Of a stretch of DNA of 64,000 nt, positions 44,703 to 60,310 are shown piece by piece. This stretch comes from the human T2T-CHM13v2.0 reference genome, Homo sapiens. Both the position numbers and the translations under genes were made by a program. Within the stretch, counting starts at the first letter, position 1. Each line of letters begins with the position of its first letter. Location: the NCBI RefSeq assembly GCF_009914755.1, contig NC_060940.1. One strand, written 5' to 3'. Below the pieces are notes generated by a model, which saw nothing but the letters and a program-made list of their open reading frames with translations, was not told the DNA's origin and ran no database searches.

Positions 44703-44980
44703 GAGAGAGAGAGGGAGATGGAGAGGGAGAGGGGGAAAAAGTGGGGGGAGAGAGGGAGGGAGGGGAGAGAGGGAGGGAGGGGGGAGGGGGAGGGGGAGAG
44801 GGAGGGAGAGGGGGAGGGAGAGGGGGAAAAAGTGGGGGGAGAGAGGGAGGAAGGGTGGAGGGGGAGAGGGAGGGAGAGGGGGAGGGAGAGGGGGAGGGAG
44901 AGAGGGAGGGAGGGAGGGAGAGAAAGGAGAGACAGAGAGAAAGAGAGACAGAGACAGAGAGAGAGAGAAAGAGAAAGAAT
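44703..44980. repeat. G-rich, almost pure polypurine tract (GGGAG/GGA/GA)
   Basis: Direct reading; internal repeat of gagggggaaaaagtggggggagagagggagg. Confidence 0.92.
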
Positions 44981-46649
44981 ACCCAAGAGATGAATGTACC
45001 CACTTTGTCTATTGACTGCTAATTTCAAAGATAGGGAAGGATTGAAATGATTGTCCAAGTCCATCTAGCTGTAAGTACTTTGTTTCTGTTAAATGTAACG
45101 TTGGACCCAAACTGACTATACCCAAGGAGTTGAGACAGTATGTAATCCAGTCTCTTCATTTTTCAGATGAGGACACTGAGGCCCAGAGATCTCCGCCCAA
45201 TTTTTCCAGACCGGTCTGTCACTCACCAAAGCAGTGTGCCTTCAGGACACCATTGCCGGGCTCCCCCAGTGCAAGGCCTCAGCTGGGATGCAGGGTCAGA
45301 GAACTGGCTCTGCATACTTTGTGGAAAGTTGGGAAAGTCTAAATATTTCTCTAAGCCTTGATTTCCCCATCTGACAGGAAGGAAAACATAATCTGTCTCC
45401 TATGTTTATGCACTGGTTGAATGAAGTCCCAGCCATGAATTTGTTTGGTGAATTGCAAAGCACTATGCGATGCTGTATTTTCTTCACCACAACTCATGCT
45501 CTGACATAGGAACAGTATTGGTTCTTTCTGGAATGCTACTCTTTATAGAGCTTCTTAGATTGTACTTTTCAAGGGTTGAGGTCAGACCTAACCATTCTGC
45601 TGCAGATTTCACGAAGCATAGCGTTTTTATAATATTAGAAAGATGGCTCAAAAAGGTTTTCTTTGTTCAGACTTTTCTTGAACATTTACTATGTGCTGGA
45701 CACTGCACTCTTTGCCGGAATATCTCATTTAATCTTTACAGTGCATTTCCAAGTGAAGGCAGCACAATTAGTATAATTTTATAAAAGTGGAATACTGGAG
45801 TCTAAGATGTTAATAACTTGTCCAAGGTCCCAACACTGGATGTCACTGGAGTGGGAATTCGAATCCAGGATGCTTATCCTTTAAGCACCCCATCATACTG
45901 TTAGTAGTGACGACATCACGGAACTTGTCACACAGGAGGACTGAAAGACAGGGACTCTCAGGGGCCAGAAAACATGAGAGTGAAAGAGAGATTCCGAAAA
46001 ACATCGAGATTTGTGAAAATGCTATTATGTGTTAGATAGAATGCAGGGTACTTTCCATAAGTCAACTTGGTTATTTCTCAGAGGAATTCCAGGAAATAGG
46101 ATTTTACACATGTGGGAAACAGGCTGAGAGAGGTTATTTAATTTGCCAAAGGTCACACAGCTGGTATTAGAGACAGAATATTAAAGTAGGCGTTTCTTAC
46201 CCCAAAATCCACTCTCTGCACCAAGAGGCCACTCAGAAAATATAAAAATAAGCAAATCAAATAAATTGACTACGTAAGTTTGAAGGCTTCAAGAAAATAT
46301 AAATACTTCCACCCAGAAATTCTATGTCCTGGTTTCATTCCTAGAAAACCACTTGTAGAGGTACACAGAGGACTCCCCAACGATCCTTAACACAGCCATA
46401 TGACTGATAGCCCTCATCCCACCCCCCCAAAAAAAGTCTAGTGAGAAGAAAATGCTTAAAAATATTCTGATGCATGCATATCATGGAGTTCTTTCCAGCA
46501 GTCAAAGAGAATGAAGGCAAAAAATGGAAAGCTCTCCAAAACATATCGTTCACTGAAAACCAAACTGTGACATACTGCATAGAGTTTGATAGCATTCCAC
46601 AGAATAAAATTTTATTCTGTGTGGACATATATTAATATATACAAATGCA

Positions 46650-47048
<399 letters not shown>

Positions 47049-47284
47049 TTATCTGTATTTTCATTTTTTTTTTTTTACAATGAGGATACATTTTTTAATG
47101 AGAAGCAATATAGCATAATGGTTAAGGGCATAGCTCCTAGAGCCAGTTCAAATCCCAGCTCTGAAGCTTACCAGCACTGTGCCTGCGTCATGACTTAAGC
47201 TGTCTGTATAGTGGAGATGCTGGGCATGCCAACCTCCCAGAGAAGCTGTGAAGATTAAACTAAGAGTTACAGGTAATACACTCA

Positions 47285-47611
<327 letters not shown>

Positions 47612-47904
47612 CTACCTAAACAACTGAGACCAGGAGGCAGGGGATAGGGAAGGTATGGGAAATTGGCCAGCACAATTACCACCTGATGGTGGGAGTTCAC
47701 ACGCAAGAATCCACTTTGCATACCTGTGTGCTGTGCATTCCTGTGGAATACACCACCACTCCCCACAGCACACCCAGATAAAGTACTGGGCAGCATGGCC
47801 TCTTCCCCTGGTCCCCAAGACACCTGAGGACAGCCTCCACTGGCAGCACTGATGTCGGATACCTATCAGGAGGTGATGTTGGGAAAACCACACTACAGCC
47901 TAGG

Positions 47905-48318
47905 TGAGTATACCTCCAAATTCATGTACACCTGGGACATCAGAGTATGCCCTTATTTGAAAATCATGTCTTTGCAGATATAATTGTTTAAGGATCTTGA
48001 GATAAAGTCATCCTGGATTTAGGGTGGGTCCTAACTCCAACGGCTGGAGTCCTTAGAAGAAGAGGAGACATACCAAGGGAAGAAGGTCACCTGGAGATGG
48101 AGGCAGAGATTGGAGAGATGCAGCCACAAGCCAAGAAACACCTGGAGGCACCAGAAACTGGAGGACGCAAAGAATGGCCCTCGCTTAGAGCCTTCAGAGG
48201 GAGCAAGGCCCTGCTAACACCTTGATTTTGGACTCTGGCCCCCAGAACTGAGAATAAAATTCTGTTGTTGCAACCCACCATGCTTGTTATTGGTTATGGC
48301 CACTCTAGGAAACTACTT
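47905..48318 (+). mobile_element. MLT1C/D-type LTR
   Basis: ccttatttgaaaatcatgtctttgcagat..ggaggcagagattggagagatgcagccacaagccaag..gaactgagaataaaattctgttg. Confidence 0.8.
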
Positions 48319-48988
48319 CACTGGGGACACCTGAAGGTGCAGTACCTGAGTTCCTATCACTCCTCCACCTGCATTTCTCTATGGGAGGAAGGAGGTGGGG
48401 CTTGCTTTGGGAGAGGCAGCTGTCTGGGGTTGGCCCCGGGCACTTTCCATGGGGTGTAAACAGTGTCTCCTAACCTGTGTTAGAGGCTTTCCATGGTCTG
48501 AGTGAGCCCAGTGCCAGGAAAACTCACTTCTCCCTGCAGCAAGAGAACACACAGGGCTGATACATTAACACCATGACCTTTTTAGCACCTGGGTCAGTGG
48601 AGATGTGTTTATAATTTTACTGTGGGGAGAAAGGAAGCTGAGCTATTCCAAACCTGTGATGCTTCATGGGTGAGAGCAACTTCGCATCTCCTAACCCCAC
48701 GACCTTGTAACAGATAGGTACAACCCTTGCCAGAGCTGTTCCCTTCTCAGGACAAGCAGAGGGTTAGCACAACATCATGGGTCAGAAAAGATGTTGGGTC
48801 TTCAACTGAATGCTGGCACTGCTACTCATTAGATGTTAACCTTCAGACGAACTGTGGCTTCTGCCTGAACTTCAGTGTCCTCCTCTATAAAATGGAGAAA
48901 ATGATTATCTGGCAGAGTTGAATCAGGAGGAAATGAGGTCACATGTTTGAAGTTCCCATGTGAGTTCAGCAAGCAATAACAAGAGGTG

Positions 48989-49292
48989 GGCCAGGTGTGG
49001 TGGCTCATGCCTGTAATTCCAACACTTTGGGAGGCCGAGACAGGCGGATCACTTGAGGTCAGGAGTTTGAGACCAGCCTGGTACAACGTGGCAAAACCCT
49101 GTCTCTACTAAAAGTGCAAAAATTAGCCAGACATGGTGGTGCACATTTGTGGTCCCAGTACTCGGGATGCTGAGGCACGAGAATCACTTGAACCCTGCAG
49201 ATGGAGGTTGCAGTTAGCCAAGATCTCGTGACTGCACTCTAGCCCTGGTGACAGAGTGAGGCTCTGTCTCAAAAAACAAACAAACAAAAACA
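48989..49292 (+). mobile_element. Alu (S/J) with 11-bp TSD
   Basis: aacaagaggtg at 48978-48988 and 49293-49303. Confidence 0.92.
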
Positions 49293-49864
49293 AACAAGAG
49301 GTGATCCCTAAGGATATAGAACCTGCCAGGGAGTTCCTGCTTCTTCACAGTTCTTCCCCAGGAGGAATTTTCTGACCATGTGCTTCCTGTGGCTTGGCTC
49401 GAATAGAAGAAATTCATTTCCTCCACGCTCTTGCTCCACACATTCATTTATTTTCCTTATCTCAATGGAAGAAGAAACATTGCCCCTTTTGAAACAGTAG
49501 TAAAGATTTTAAAGAAAAAAGGAGAACTTTTGAAGTAAAAATATGACGAAATTGGTACTAGGTTTTGCATAATGGTGGGCCATTAGAAACGGCCTTAATT
49601 GTGGAATATTATGAGAACAGTCATATTTTTTATTTTTTTTACATTGTGACTCAAAGCAGGGGCTCTGGCGTAAGATTGATCCCAGACACGCTGCTTAATC
49701 TCTCAATGCCTGTTTCCTCAAAGGTGGATGAAAATCTTGATGGTCACCGTCATATAGGTTTGTCATGATGTTTAAATTAGATAATGGAGGCAAAGCATTT
49801 AACACAGTACCTGGCACTCAGGTAAGCTCCCAATAAATGGAATCTGTTAGTTAGAAATGCCTCA

Positions 49865-50295
<431 letters not shown>

Positions 50296-52250
50296 TTACA
50301 CATACGGATAAAGCAATTGGAGTTAAGTGAATTCAGAAGTGGAATAGTAGCTCAGTCTTAGGGAAAGTCAGTAAACAGATTTTCAGGCCAAAGGCTCCAC
50401 AATTGTGAAAGAAGAATCATGCATTAAGCTCTGAATTGTGCGGTAATCCAAGCAAAAAGAAAACCATAAGTTGTTATAAGAATTGTGTTGTCAACAAGAT
50501 CAAAGCGTGCCTCAAACAGAACAAAGCAATGCTCTTCATCGTACAGAAGTGTGAGGGATGCTACAGGACGACATTCTCCACAAGCTGTCCTGTAATAACC
50601 GTATCAGCAACCTTTTCAAAAATAACTATTTCTTGTAGTACCCTTCAGTGCTAGTTAAGGCATGATGAAAACACAAAGCAGTAAAAGCTAAATTAATTAA
50701 TATTCCTCTAGCTCAATGAAATTATCACCTGGTCCTTAAATGTGGAAACTAAACAACAGAACTGTCTACTTTAATTGAGAAAAGCAAAACAAATTTGCAT
50801 ATGCACCGACTCAACTTGTATGAATTGTATATATGCGTTGACAATACAAGAATGAAATGCAGGAAAAAATAGAGAATTATAGTCAGAAGAAACTTTTTTC
50901 TAGCTATTGCAAGTAATACTGTGTTGCTGAAAATTTGTTAAATGTAAAAAGATGTAAAGTCCATCATCCCAATCACCTAGCAGCATCTCCGATAACATTT
51001 TGATATATTTCTTTTTAGTCTGTTTTTTTTGCCTTTTTTTTTTTTTCCGTCTCTGAGTTTAAAGAATTATGATCTCACTTTATTTAACTCCTGCCCCCCA
51101 CAGACATTTTTTTCTACTTTAAAAAAAGTTTTTATAGGTGGCCTTGAAAATCCTTTAACGTTGTTTTAATAGAGCTTACCAGGAAATAATTCCAAGAACC
51201 CCACCCCCCCGCAAAAAAAAAAAAGATGTCTGTGTTTACTTGAGTTTTTATTAAGGAAAAAACTTTCTAACTCTATGATGTGGAAGCAATTATTTTTGAG
51301 CTTTGTTTGCAGTGTGGGGGTGGATCTCAGAAACCAGGTCATTGTTGATCTGATTTTCTCTGGAGATGACGCTACCCCATTTAGAACAGCTCACTGAACC
51401 CTGATGTCTATGCCCGCTTTCGAATTCAGCAGCTGGAAATGAACCATTTGTGTCTGATTCTGTTTGACTGATAAAATACAGCAAATAAAACCTGCTCAAA
51501 TGGCATCTTTGAAAAAATTTGCTCTGCAGAGCAACTGAACCTCAGTGACAACCCTTATACTCTCCTGGTTTACCTTTGCCTTGGGAATGCCAATATCCCT
51601 GAACCAGTTTCTTTTGAGCATAGAAATGATAATGCTGTGATTTTATCAGTTCTCAGATCATCAATTAATATGATATGTACTCTATAATATATGCACATAT
51701 GTAATATCTAACTTTAGTTTTAAATTCTCCCCTGAACCATAACCCCGTATTTCCAACTGCCTAGGTGGCATTTCCAAGTGGGGAAGTAAGCCTAACTTCT
51801 ATACTTACTAATTCTGCAATGTAGTTACTTAGCTGAATAGCCTATTGGGTAATTAGGTTAACATTGTTGAGCTTCACATTCTTCATCTCTTAAAAGGGAT
51901 ATTAATGGTACCCAGATCGTAGGGGTGTTGTGAGGATTAATTGAGATTAGGCATATGAAGTGCTCAGGTCTGTAGCTCACTAATTGTCAGGTCACATTAA
52001 GTGCAAAGATGCCTGGACATATGATGATGGTGTTCCAAAGGCACTTCCAACTTAATATGCCTAAACCTAAACTCACATTTTGCCACATCTCCACCCATCC
52101 TGCACCCTCCTTCTGAAATATCCTCCCTCTTCCTTGTCCTGTTTAGTCACTACAGAACTCCATTTCTCAATAGTCAACTAACTAACCTCTCAAAGACATG
52201 GACTACCTACATCTGAATCACTAGAAGCACTAATAAAAATGTACCTTCTT

Positions 52251-52553
<303 letters not shown>

Positions 52554-52769
52554 GGTACATTCCTAAATCCCACAGGCTTTGCAAACCTGTGCTCTAGGAT
52601 AGGAATTCAGTGCTCATTTGTTTTTCAATGCAAAACTTTCTATGAAGACATTTCAAACACATACACGGAGATGGGACTACACTGTTCTTTTGTTTTTACA
52701 GACATGTCACTGAGGACAACTCAAGCCTTTTAGAAAAATATTTATTGGTAAAAAGACAATACTCCCTAA

Positions 52770-53817
52770 ATTTTTTTTTAAATGTGCATCAAAAGACACT
52801 ATCAATGTAATAGCTAGAATATAAAAAGGTAACCCATGGAATAGGAAAAAATATTTGCAAATTGTATATCTGATAAGGGATTGATATCCAGAATATACAG
52901 AGAACTCTTAAAACCTAACAACAACCAAAAAAAAAAAAAAAAAGAAAACCCAAACAACCCAAATGTAAAATGGCCAAAAGACTTGCATATCCACCTCTCA
53001 AAAGAATAAATACAATTGCCCAATAAGCAGGTAAAAAGCGCTCGATACCACTAATCATTAGGGAAATGCAAATCAAAACTGCAATGAGATACCACCTCAT
53101 ACCCAGTGGGATGGCTACTATTAGAAAAACAGAAAACAACAAGTATTGGCAAGGATGTGGAGAAATTGGAACCCTTGTGCACTGTTGGTGGGAATGCAAA
53201 TGGGACTGTGGAAAACAGTATGGTTGTTTCTCAATAACTAAAAATAGAATTGACATATGATCCAATTATTTCACTTCTGCATATATACCAACAAAAAAAA
53301 CCAAAGTCTCAAAAATATATTCACACATCTACGTTCACAGAAGCATGATTCAAAATAGTTAAAATGCTGAGACAACTCAAGTGTCCATTGAAAGATGAAT
53401 GGATGAGCAAAATGTGGTACCTGAATACGATGAAATACTGTTTAGCCTTAAAAAGGAATAAAATTTTGGCACATGCCAAAACATGGATGAACATTATGGT
53501 AAGTGAAATAAGCTAGTCACAAAAAGACAAATACCGTATGATTCCACTTAGATGAGGTACTTAGAGCAGTCAAAATCATAAAGACAAAAAGTAGAATGGT
53601 GGTTGCCAGGCGCTAGGGAAAAGGGGGTTGAGGAGTTTTTGTTTAGTGGATAGAGAGTTGCAGTTTTACAAGATAAAGAGCTTTGGAGACAGATGGTGGT
53701 AATGGTTGTACCACACGATGAATGCATTTAATACCACTGAACTATACACTTAAAAATGTGAAGATGGCAAATTTTACTCTATGCATATTTTATCACAATA
53801 AAAAATACTGGGAAAAA
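52770..53817 (+). mobile_element. L1MB-type 3' ~1 kb
   Basis: atcattagggaaatgcaaatcaaaactgcaatgagataccacctc..; 3' end tttaataccactgaactatacacttaaaaat..tatcacaataaaaaa. Confidence 0.88.
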
Positions 53818-54219
53818 AGACAATCCTCTCTTCCAATTCTTCTAACTACTGCATGTAAAGGAAACCAACAGAGACCTGTTTTTTAACATTGTGCTGAGAA
53901 TGAAATCGCACAGGGGACTGGGGATCCTGAGAGCTGAAAACTGAGGCTTCTAAGGAAATTGGGACTTTTCCATAAATGTATACACCCAGACTTGTACATG
54001 AAAATCAATTAAAAGAAAAACACAAACTATCCCACTGTGTCTTGAAATATTAGGCTCTTCGGAGTTCTAGGGACGTTGTTTAATTTAAATCTGGCATATG
54101 TGCGACGCTTGCAGTTTTGCCCCCATGCCAAAATGGCTTGGAGGACATCAGCTTCTGATGACTGAGCATTTGTAAATCTAAATCTGTCTCCACTCATTTC
54201 AGCTTCAGCTCCCTCTTCT

Positions 54220-54410
54220 AGAGTGGATGTTCTTAAAATTTGATTAGGGCATATCGGAGTCACCTGAAGAGCTTGTTAAACCATGCAGATCTTCAGACCC
54301 CTCCTTACAGAGATTCTGATTCAACTGGCTCAGTGGGGCTCAGCAATCTACATTTTTATTAGCACCTATTCTGATTCAGACTCAGGCTATGCTTGAGAAG
54401 CATTAGCCTA
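54220..54410. mobile_element. MER5A-like
   Basis: gagtcacctgaagagcttgttaaaccatgcagat..cagagattctgattca. Confidence 0.65.
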
Positions 54411-55679
54411 GAAACCTGGGGTCACTGACGCTCATCCACCTTTGGTTCACAGGAGTCCCACAAGGCACAACAGATCTGTGCCTGAAAAATCCCATCTCTG
54501 TTGATGTTTACACATCAAACCCTTTTTTCTCACTGATTTGTCTGATAATTTCTTTATCTCCATTTATTATGAATTTCAATAAACAGTAAAACTTAGCTTT
54601 CAAGTTTTTCTCTGCCTATGCCTTTCTTCAAAAAATTAGGGATTCCAAAGACAAGCATTTGGCTTGTCTACTCTGTATATGCCTATCCCAATAAAATGTG
54701 TTTCTTCAACTCCTTTAAAATAGTAGTTCTCAGCTCTGTTGCACAATGAATAGTGTGTTGGACTTCTAAAACAGTAGTTCTCAAATATTCGTGTGTCTCA
54801 AAATCACGTGGTGTGGCGTGCTGCGGGGAATGATGCTTATTATAATAAAGATTCACAGGCTCCATAGCTAGAGAGAAAGCCTTGTCCTGGGCCCAGGAAT
54901 CTGCATTTTGACAGGTAATCATGTGATTCAGGTACAGTTGGTCCATTGGCCAGGCTTGGAGGCACCCAATTTTGGGGCATGATTCTAAATCCTTTCTGCA
55001 AAACTGACAGTTGTTTGCATATGTGGTTTGTCTGAGTCTTCCTAAGTGTTTGACACAGATAAAAGAATCTCATGAACTAGTTTAGAGATCAAAGAATTCA
55101 ACCATTTCACTTCTTAGATGGGGAAACTAGAAAGTGACTTGGAGAGGTGACATGACTTGTCCCAGGACACAGCTAGCTAATGCTCGAGTCCAGACTCAAA
55201 CCCAGCTGGGACTGTCACTTGACAGTAATCCAAAGCCTGTCTGGTGTTCAGGACTCTCCCAGAAAATTACAACCCACAATTTCACTGACCCTGGTGTGCA
55301 TGCACGTGGCTTTGCTAGGCAGCAGATGTTACTGAAACGTGTGGGTGGAGCAGTGAGACCCAGCAGCTGAGCCACATGCTCTGGATGTTCTAAGTCAAGG
55401 CTTGCTGGATTCTAGGGTGTTGGGGGAATGTTCAAAAGCTGAGCAATTCGGGAGCAGATGAGGTTACCTTCTTCAACCTTCCAGAGGGATGGAACCTTCT
55501 ACAGATGCTGGTCGTGGTAAAGGACGAGAATGACTTTTTTTTTTTAAGGCTCGGTGGTAGGTACAAGAAGATTTCATTGTATTATTATTATTCCTTAAAC
55601 AGCAATATATTTCATAATGAAAATTTTAAAAAGGAAACAGGAGATGTGAAAAGGAAGGAAAAGGCCTGTGAGTGTGGTG

Positions 55680-56740
55680 ACGTGGACACCTGAAAGACCG
55701 CAGTCTCGTGGTGGGACGTTGAGAAGACACAATCAACACAAAGTTGATCGGATCTTGGTGTAGCTCTGTGGTGGTAATTCTCATATTCTGGTTTTCATAA
55801 TCATCTGAGGAGTTGAAGTCATGTCTCATACCACCCACCAAGAAAAATTCCAAATATTAAAAAATGCAACCAAAAAAGAAGAAAACACGAGGTAATTATC
55901 TTGTAATAAAGAATGATGAAAGACTTTTGAATTACGTCTCAAAATTCAACAGCCATAAGCAAATGGTTGATATATTTCACTACAAAAAAGATAAAATCTG
56001 CATGGAAAAAAAAAAGCAAGCTCAAAAGACTAAAAAAGAAATAGGGAAAATATTTGTAATCACATCACAAAAGGCTCATCTGTCCAATATATAAATTAAT
56101 AAGAAAAAGACCAACAAACCAATAGAAATATTAATAAAAGTAAAAAAGGAATTGCCGATGGCTCTTAAGTATATAAATATGGCCAAAATTTACTGAGAAA
56201 AGTGCAAATTTATATCTCAGCATACTTTTTACCTATTAGCAAAATTTTGAAAGATTAATTACACATTGTATTGGCAAAACTTTGGAGAAATAAGCTCTCT
56301 CATGCACTGATGGGGTAAGTATGAATTTCCTTTGGAGGGAGATTTGGCAATATCTGTTAAAATTGCAACTGTGACCCACTCTTTCAAGAAATTTATTCTA
56401 CACTGAATGTGACGCAATACAAAGATATTCACTACAGCTTTGTTTGCAATAGCAAAAGATTGGAAACAACCTAAATGTCCAACAATAGAGGCCTGACCAA
56501 ATAAAATATGGTATATTTGCATAATGAAAGATTATGACTCTATAAAAAATAACTTTATGGCTTTTTATGCATTAATATAGAAAGATTCAGAAGAACATAT
56601 TGGAAGGATACACAGAGTAAATGTGGTTACCATGGAGGGGTACTAGATGAGGAATAGTGTGCAGGGAAAACTTTTCACTGTTTTTTTCTTTTTATGTACT
56701 TTTTTATTTTTGACGTATATAAATATCTTATCTATTCAAA
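55680..56740 (+). mobile_element. Very old L1M fragments
   Basis: A-rich; tttggagggagatttggcaatatct..gtttgcaatagcaaaagattggaaacaacctaaatgtcc. Confidence 0.7.
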
Positions 56741-56750
56741 ATTTAATTTA

Positions 56751-57049
56751 GGCTGGGCATAGTGACTCACTCCTGTAATCCCAGCACTTTGAGAGGCTGA
56801 GGCAGGAGAATGGCTTGAGCCTTCTGAATTTGAAATCAGCCTGGGTAACACGGCAAAACCTCATCTCCACACGAAACACAAACATTAGCCAGGTGTGGTG
56901 GTGCTTGCCTGTAGTCCCAGCTACTCAGGAGGCTGAGGTGGGATGATTACCTGAGCCCAGGGAAGTCCAGGCTGCAATAAGCTATGATTACACTACTGTA
57001 CTCCAACCTGGGTGACAGAGTGAGACCCTGTCTGAAAAAAAAAAAAAAA
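56751..57049 (+). mobile_element. AluJ
   Basis: ggctgaggtgggatgattacctgagcccaggg diagnostic. Confidence 0.9.
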
Positions 57050-57194
57050 TTTAAATAATTAATCAAGGAGCCTGTTAAACATGTATGTGGTTTCCCCAAA
57101 TATTAACTCCAATGAAATTAAATCTCCAGTAATGATAACTGCTGTGCTTTCATCCCTAAGAGTATATTGAATTATTTTTTAAAAAATGACTTGT

Positions 57195-57462
57195 GGCTGG
57201 GTGCAGTGGCTCATGACTGTAATCCCAGCACTTTGGAAGGCCAAGGCAGGAGGATCACCTGAGCTCAGAAGTTCAAGATGTGCCTAGTCAACATGGTGAA
57301 ACCCTGTCTCTACAAAAACACAAAAATTAGCTGAGTGTGTTGAGAATCGTTTGAACCTGGGAGGTGGAGGTTGCAGCGGGGAGAGACTGCACCATTGCAC
57401 TCCAGCATGAGCAACAAGAGCGAAACTCCGTCTCAAAAAAAAAAAAAAAAAAAAAAAAAAAA
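57195..57462 (+). mobile_element. AluS with internal deletion in the right arm and a long pure A tail
   Basis: aattagctgagtgtgttgagaatcg junction; gacttgt flanks. Confidence 0.88.
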
Positions 57463-57889
57463 GACTTGTACTCCTTCAGCTCTAGTTTCTGAGTTTAAAG
57501 TAACAATGCAAAGCATCCCCCACATGGGAGATTGAGTATAGAATGAATCTGCCATCTGCCCACGTTTTCTAAGATGGATGTTATAATTATTATATGGCTT
57601 CCAGAAACCAATTTGTACAATTTATGGCCACGAATGGTTTCCATTTCTCTCCTTTTTGCTATTATATTAAAAAAAAGATTGAAAAAGAAAGAAAACAACC
57701 CATTTTGTGCTCTGGTTAATAAATGGAGGGAGAGAAAGCCAGCTAGGCATCAACCACTGTCTCCAACCATTATCATCTGCATTTGTGCGCATGGTCTGTC
57801 CAAAACAACAGTATATGTTGATTAAAAGACCACAATGGAAACAAACAAAAATCCCAAACCCATGGCTAAACTGTAAAGTCATCAACAAT

Positions 57890-58380
57890 TGGTCTTTTCA
57901 GGTATCTGTGAAAGTGGAAGACACAAATATTCTATGGCTCAGCAGTTGCAGTCTTCGGTGTATACCAACAGAAATGCGCTCACTCATTAACAAAAGAAGC
58001 ATTATTCATAATGGCCCCAAAATAGGACATTACCCAAATGTCCATCAAGATTAGGACAGAGACATCCATGTGTGCTGCATTCCAGCAATGAGAATGAAAG
58101 CACTGAAATTACATGCAACAATCTTGCAAACACAATGTTGAGCCAAAGACGACAAAAAAGAAAAGAGTGTGGCTTTATTTCTATGTTAAAACAGCAGGCA
58201 CCAAGAATCTACGGCTTTAGAAGTGCAGGTGGCGGGTGGAAGATATTGACTGGAAGAGGGTGTGGGGCGGGGTTCCAGGGAGTGATGACCTGGATGATCA
58301 GTTTGTACGAAGCCATAAAGCAGCATATTTAATATTTGTGAATTTTCTGCATTTTTGTTATACTTCAAAAGTTTAAAGAA
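57890..58380 (+). mobile_element. Old L1M 3' fragment
   Basis: agcattattcataatggccccaaaatagg..cccaaatgtccatcaag..aaacacaatgttgagccaaag. Confidence 0.6.
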
Positions 58381-58844
58381 ATCATTCCAAACCAGAATGA
58401 GCACTGTGGGAATGAGTTTTTCAGAAATCATAGACTTAACTTCTGAATAAATGCTCTCCCAGCCCCTGCTGAGATGCCAAAGACATTCCAAAGGCACAGA
58501 CTGAAAGGACAGAATGCTCACAGCCAAAACTACCGGGATTTCTATGCAGAAATCTGGGCTTTGATGCTTTAGAGGGGCCTCTGTCTCCCCCTACCAGACA
58601 CAAAGCCAGCAGCAAGGCCTTCACAATGGGCTTGCCGAACAGCCGAAAAGGAGGTTATTTATTAAGCCACAAGGAGAATGCACCTACAGTCATGTTTCCA
58701 TGCAGGAATCTGTGACAACTGAAATGCCCCATATGAGCTAATTTTCTGGATAATCAAAATCCCCTCATTAAACAACTCTGTCATTTAAAATAAAATCATT
58801 TTTATTGGATTTAATCCTTTCTAAAATGGATTTCATGCATTCCT

Positions 58845-59007
58845 GGGTCTACATCCAGGACACACTCCGTGCTTCCTACGAGAATGATTCCTAGCAAGAC
58901 TTTCTCCCAGAGAGTTCCACATGCAAGCAGAAAGAAACCAATGTGGGCTTTAGCAAAGGAAGGGGTAGGACAGACGTCTCCATTGTCAGCAAGACCACAG
59001 AACAATG
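58845..59007 (+). repeat. Copy 1 of a 163-bp dispersed direct repeat
   Basis: 157/163 identical to 62419-62581, ungapped. Confidence 0.95.
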
Positions 59008-59775
59008 GACTTTTCAGAAGAGTCCATGGAATAGAATCTAACCTTTACAATAAATAACAACACTCACATTTAGGTACTGTCTATTTCCCATCCAAAAGGC
59101 TTTCCATCAGATTTTCTCTCTTAGGTCCTATTATTATTCCCATGTTAGATATGAGGCTATGAGGTATGAGAAACTCTCTCTCCAAAGCCTAAACTCCTAA
59201 CCCCTGTGCTATCTTTTCTTTACATCTTCAGCTATGGAGTCTGTGTTACACTCCACAATGCCAACAGACAGAGAGGAATGCTAACTGTAACTTGAATGAT
59301 TTGAGTTCTCATTGCTTTTCTCCCATCTTTTCTTTCTCTTTCATCAATGTTATACAATTAGTTTTTTCATAAAGCTCCTACTAGCAAGCTACTCCTCCCC
59401 ACACTCAGAAAACCTCCTACCTAAAATCTGATAAAAATCTTTGTTTTCACTACTTTAAACTCTTGGCCTTCTTGGATCTTTCTATTTGTTAAAATATCCT
59501 ATGGAGTTGGACAAACTTCTTTATCAGTTTAAGAAACCCCTCTGTTTCTGTGCATTTCAAAGCATCCTGGATTTGCTTTTTCTTCACCCAACTCAGAAGG
59601 AAACCTGGGATGCTCATTAGATTAACAAAAACTGCCCTCAACTGGGGCCCATCTGGACCACAGTCACTCTCCAGAAATACAATGGGAGCAGATAGGAACT
59701 GAGGCATGCCGAGAGTCAATTTCTGTAAGGTTTATCGCTCGCAGACCTGTGGTGAAAAGGAAACTGCCATCCTTA

Positions 59776-60024
<249 letters not shown>

Positions 60025-60124
60025 ATCATTTTGTCTGGTGTTAGGAGGTAAATGCATGCATTAGGGCAGGATGACAATAAAATGTTGCTTTTTGGTCTTT
60101 CTTTCTACTTAGTCACATCTTCAG

Positions 60125-60310
60125 CCAGTCTGTGAGCTCCAGGAGGGTGGACACAGCATCTGTTTTCTTCTGTACTACTGCTCAGATCCTAGCACAGAGC
60201 CCGGCTGGGTGCTCCATAGGTATTTGTTGAGTTGAACTTTTCAGTGCCATTACAGAGACTAGCACAGTGTTAGGCACACAGTCAGTACTTAGAAATGCTG
60301 AATGAGCTGA
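60125..60310 (+). mobile_element. L2 3' end fragments
   Basis: ctgtgagctccaggagggtgg..cctagcacagagcc..gtatttgttgagttgaa. Confidence 0.6.

Noticed and set aside
44653-45064. Pro/Ser-rich and Gly/Glu/Arg-rich ORFs
   Set aside because: Artefacts of the polypurine tract
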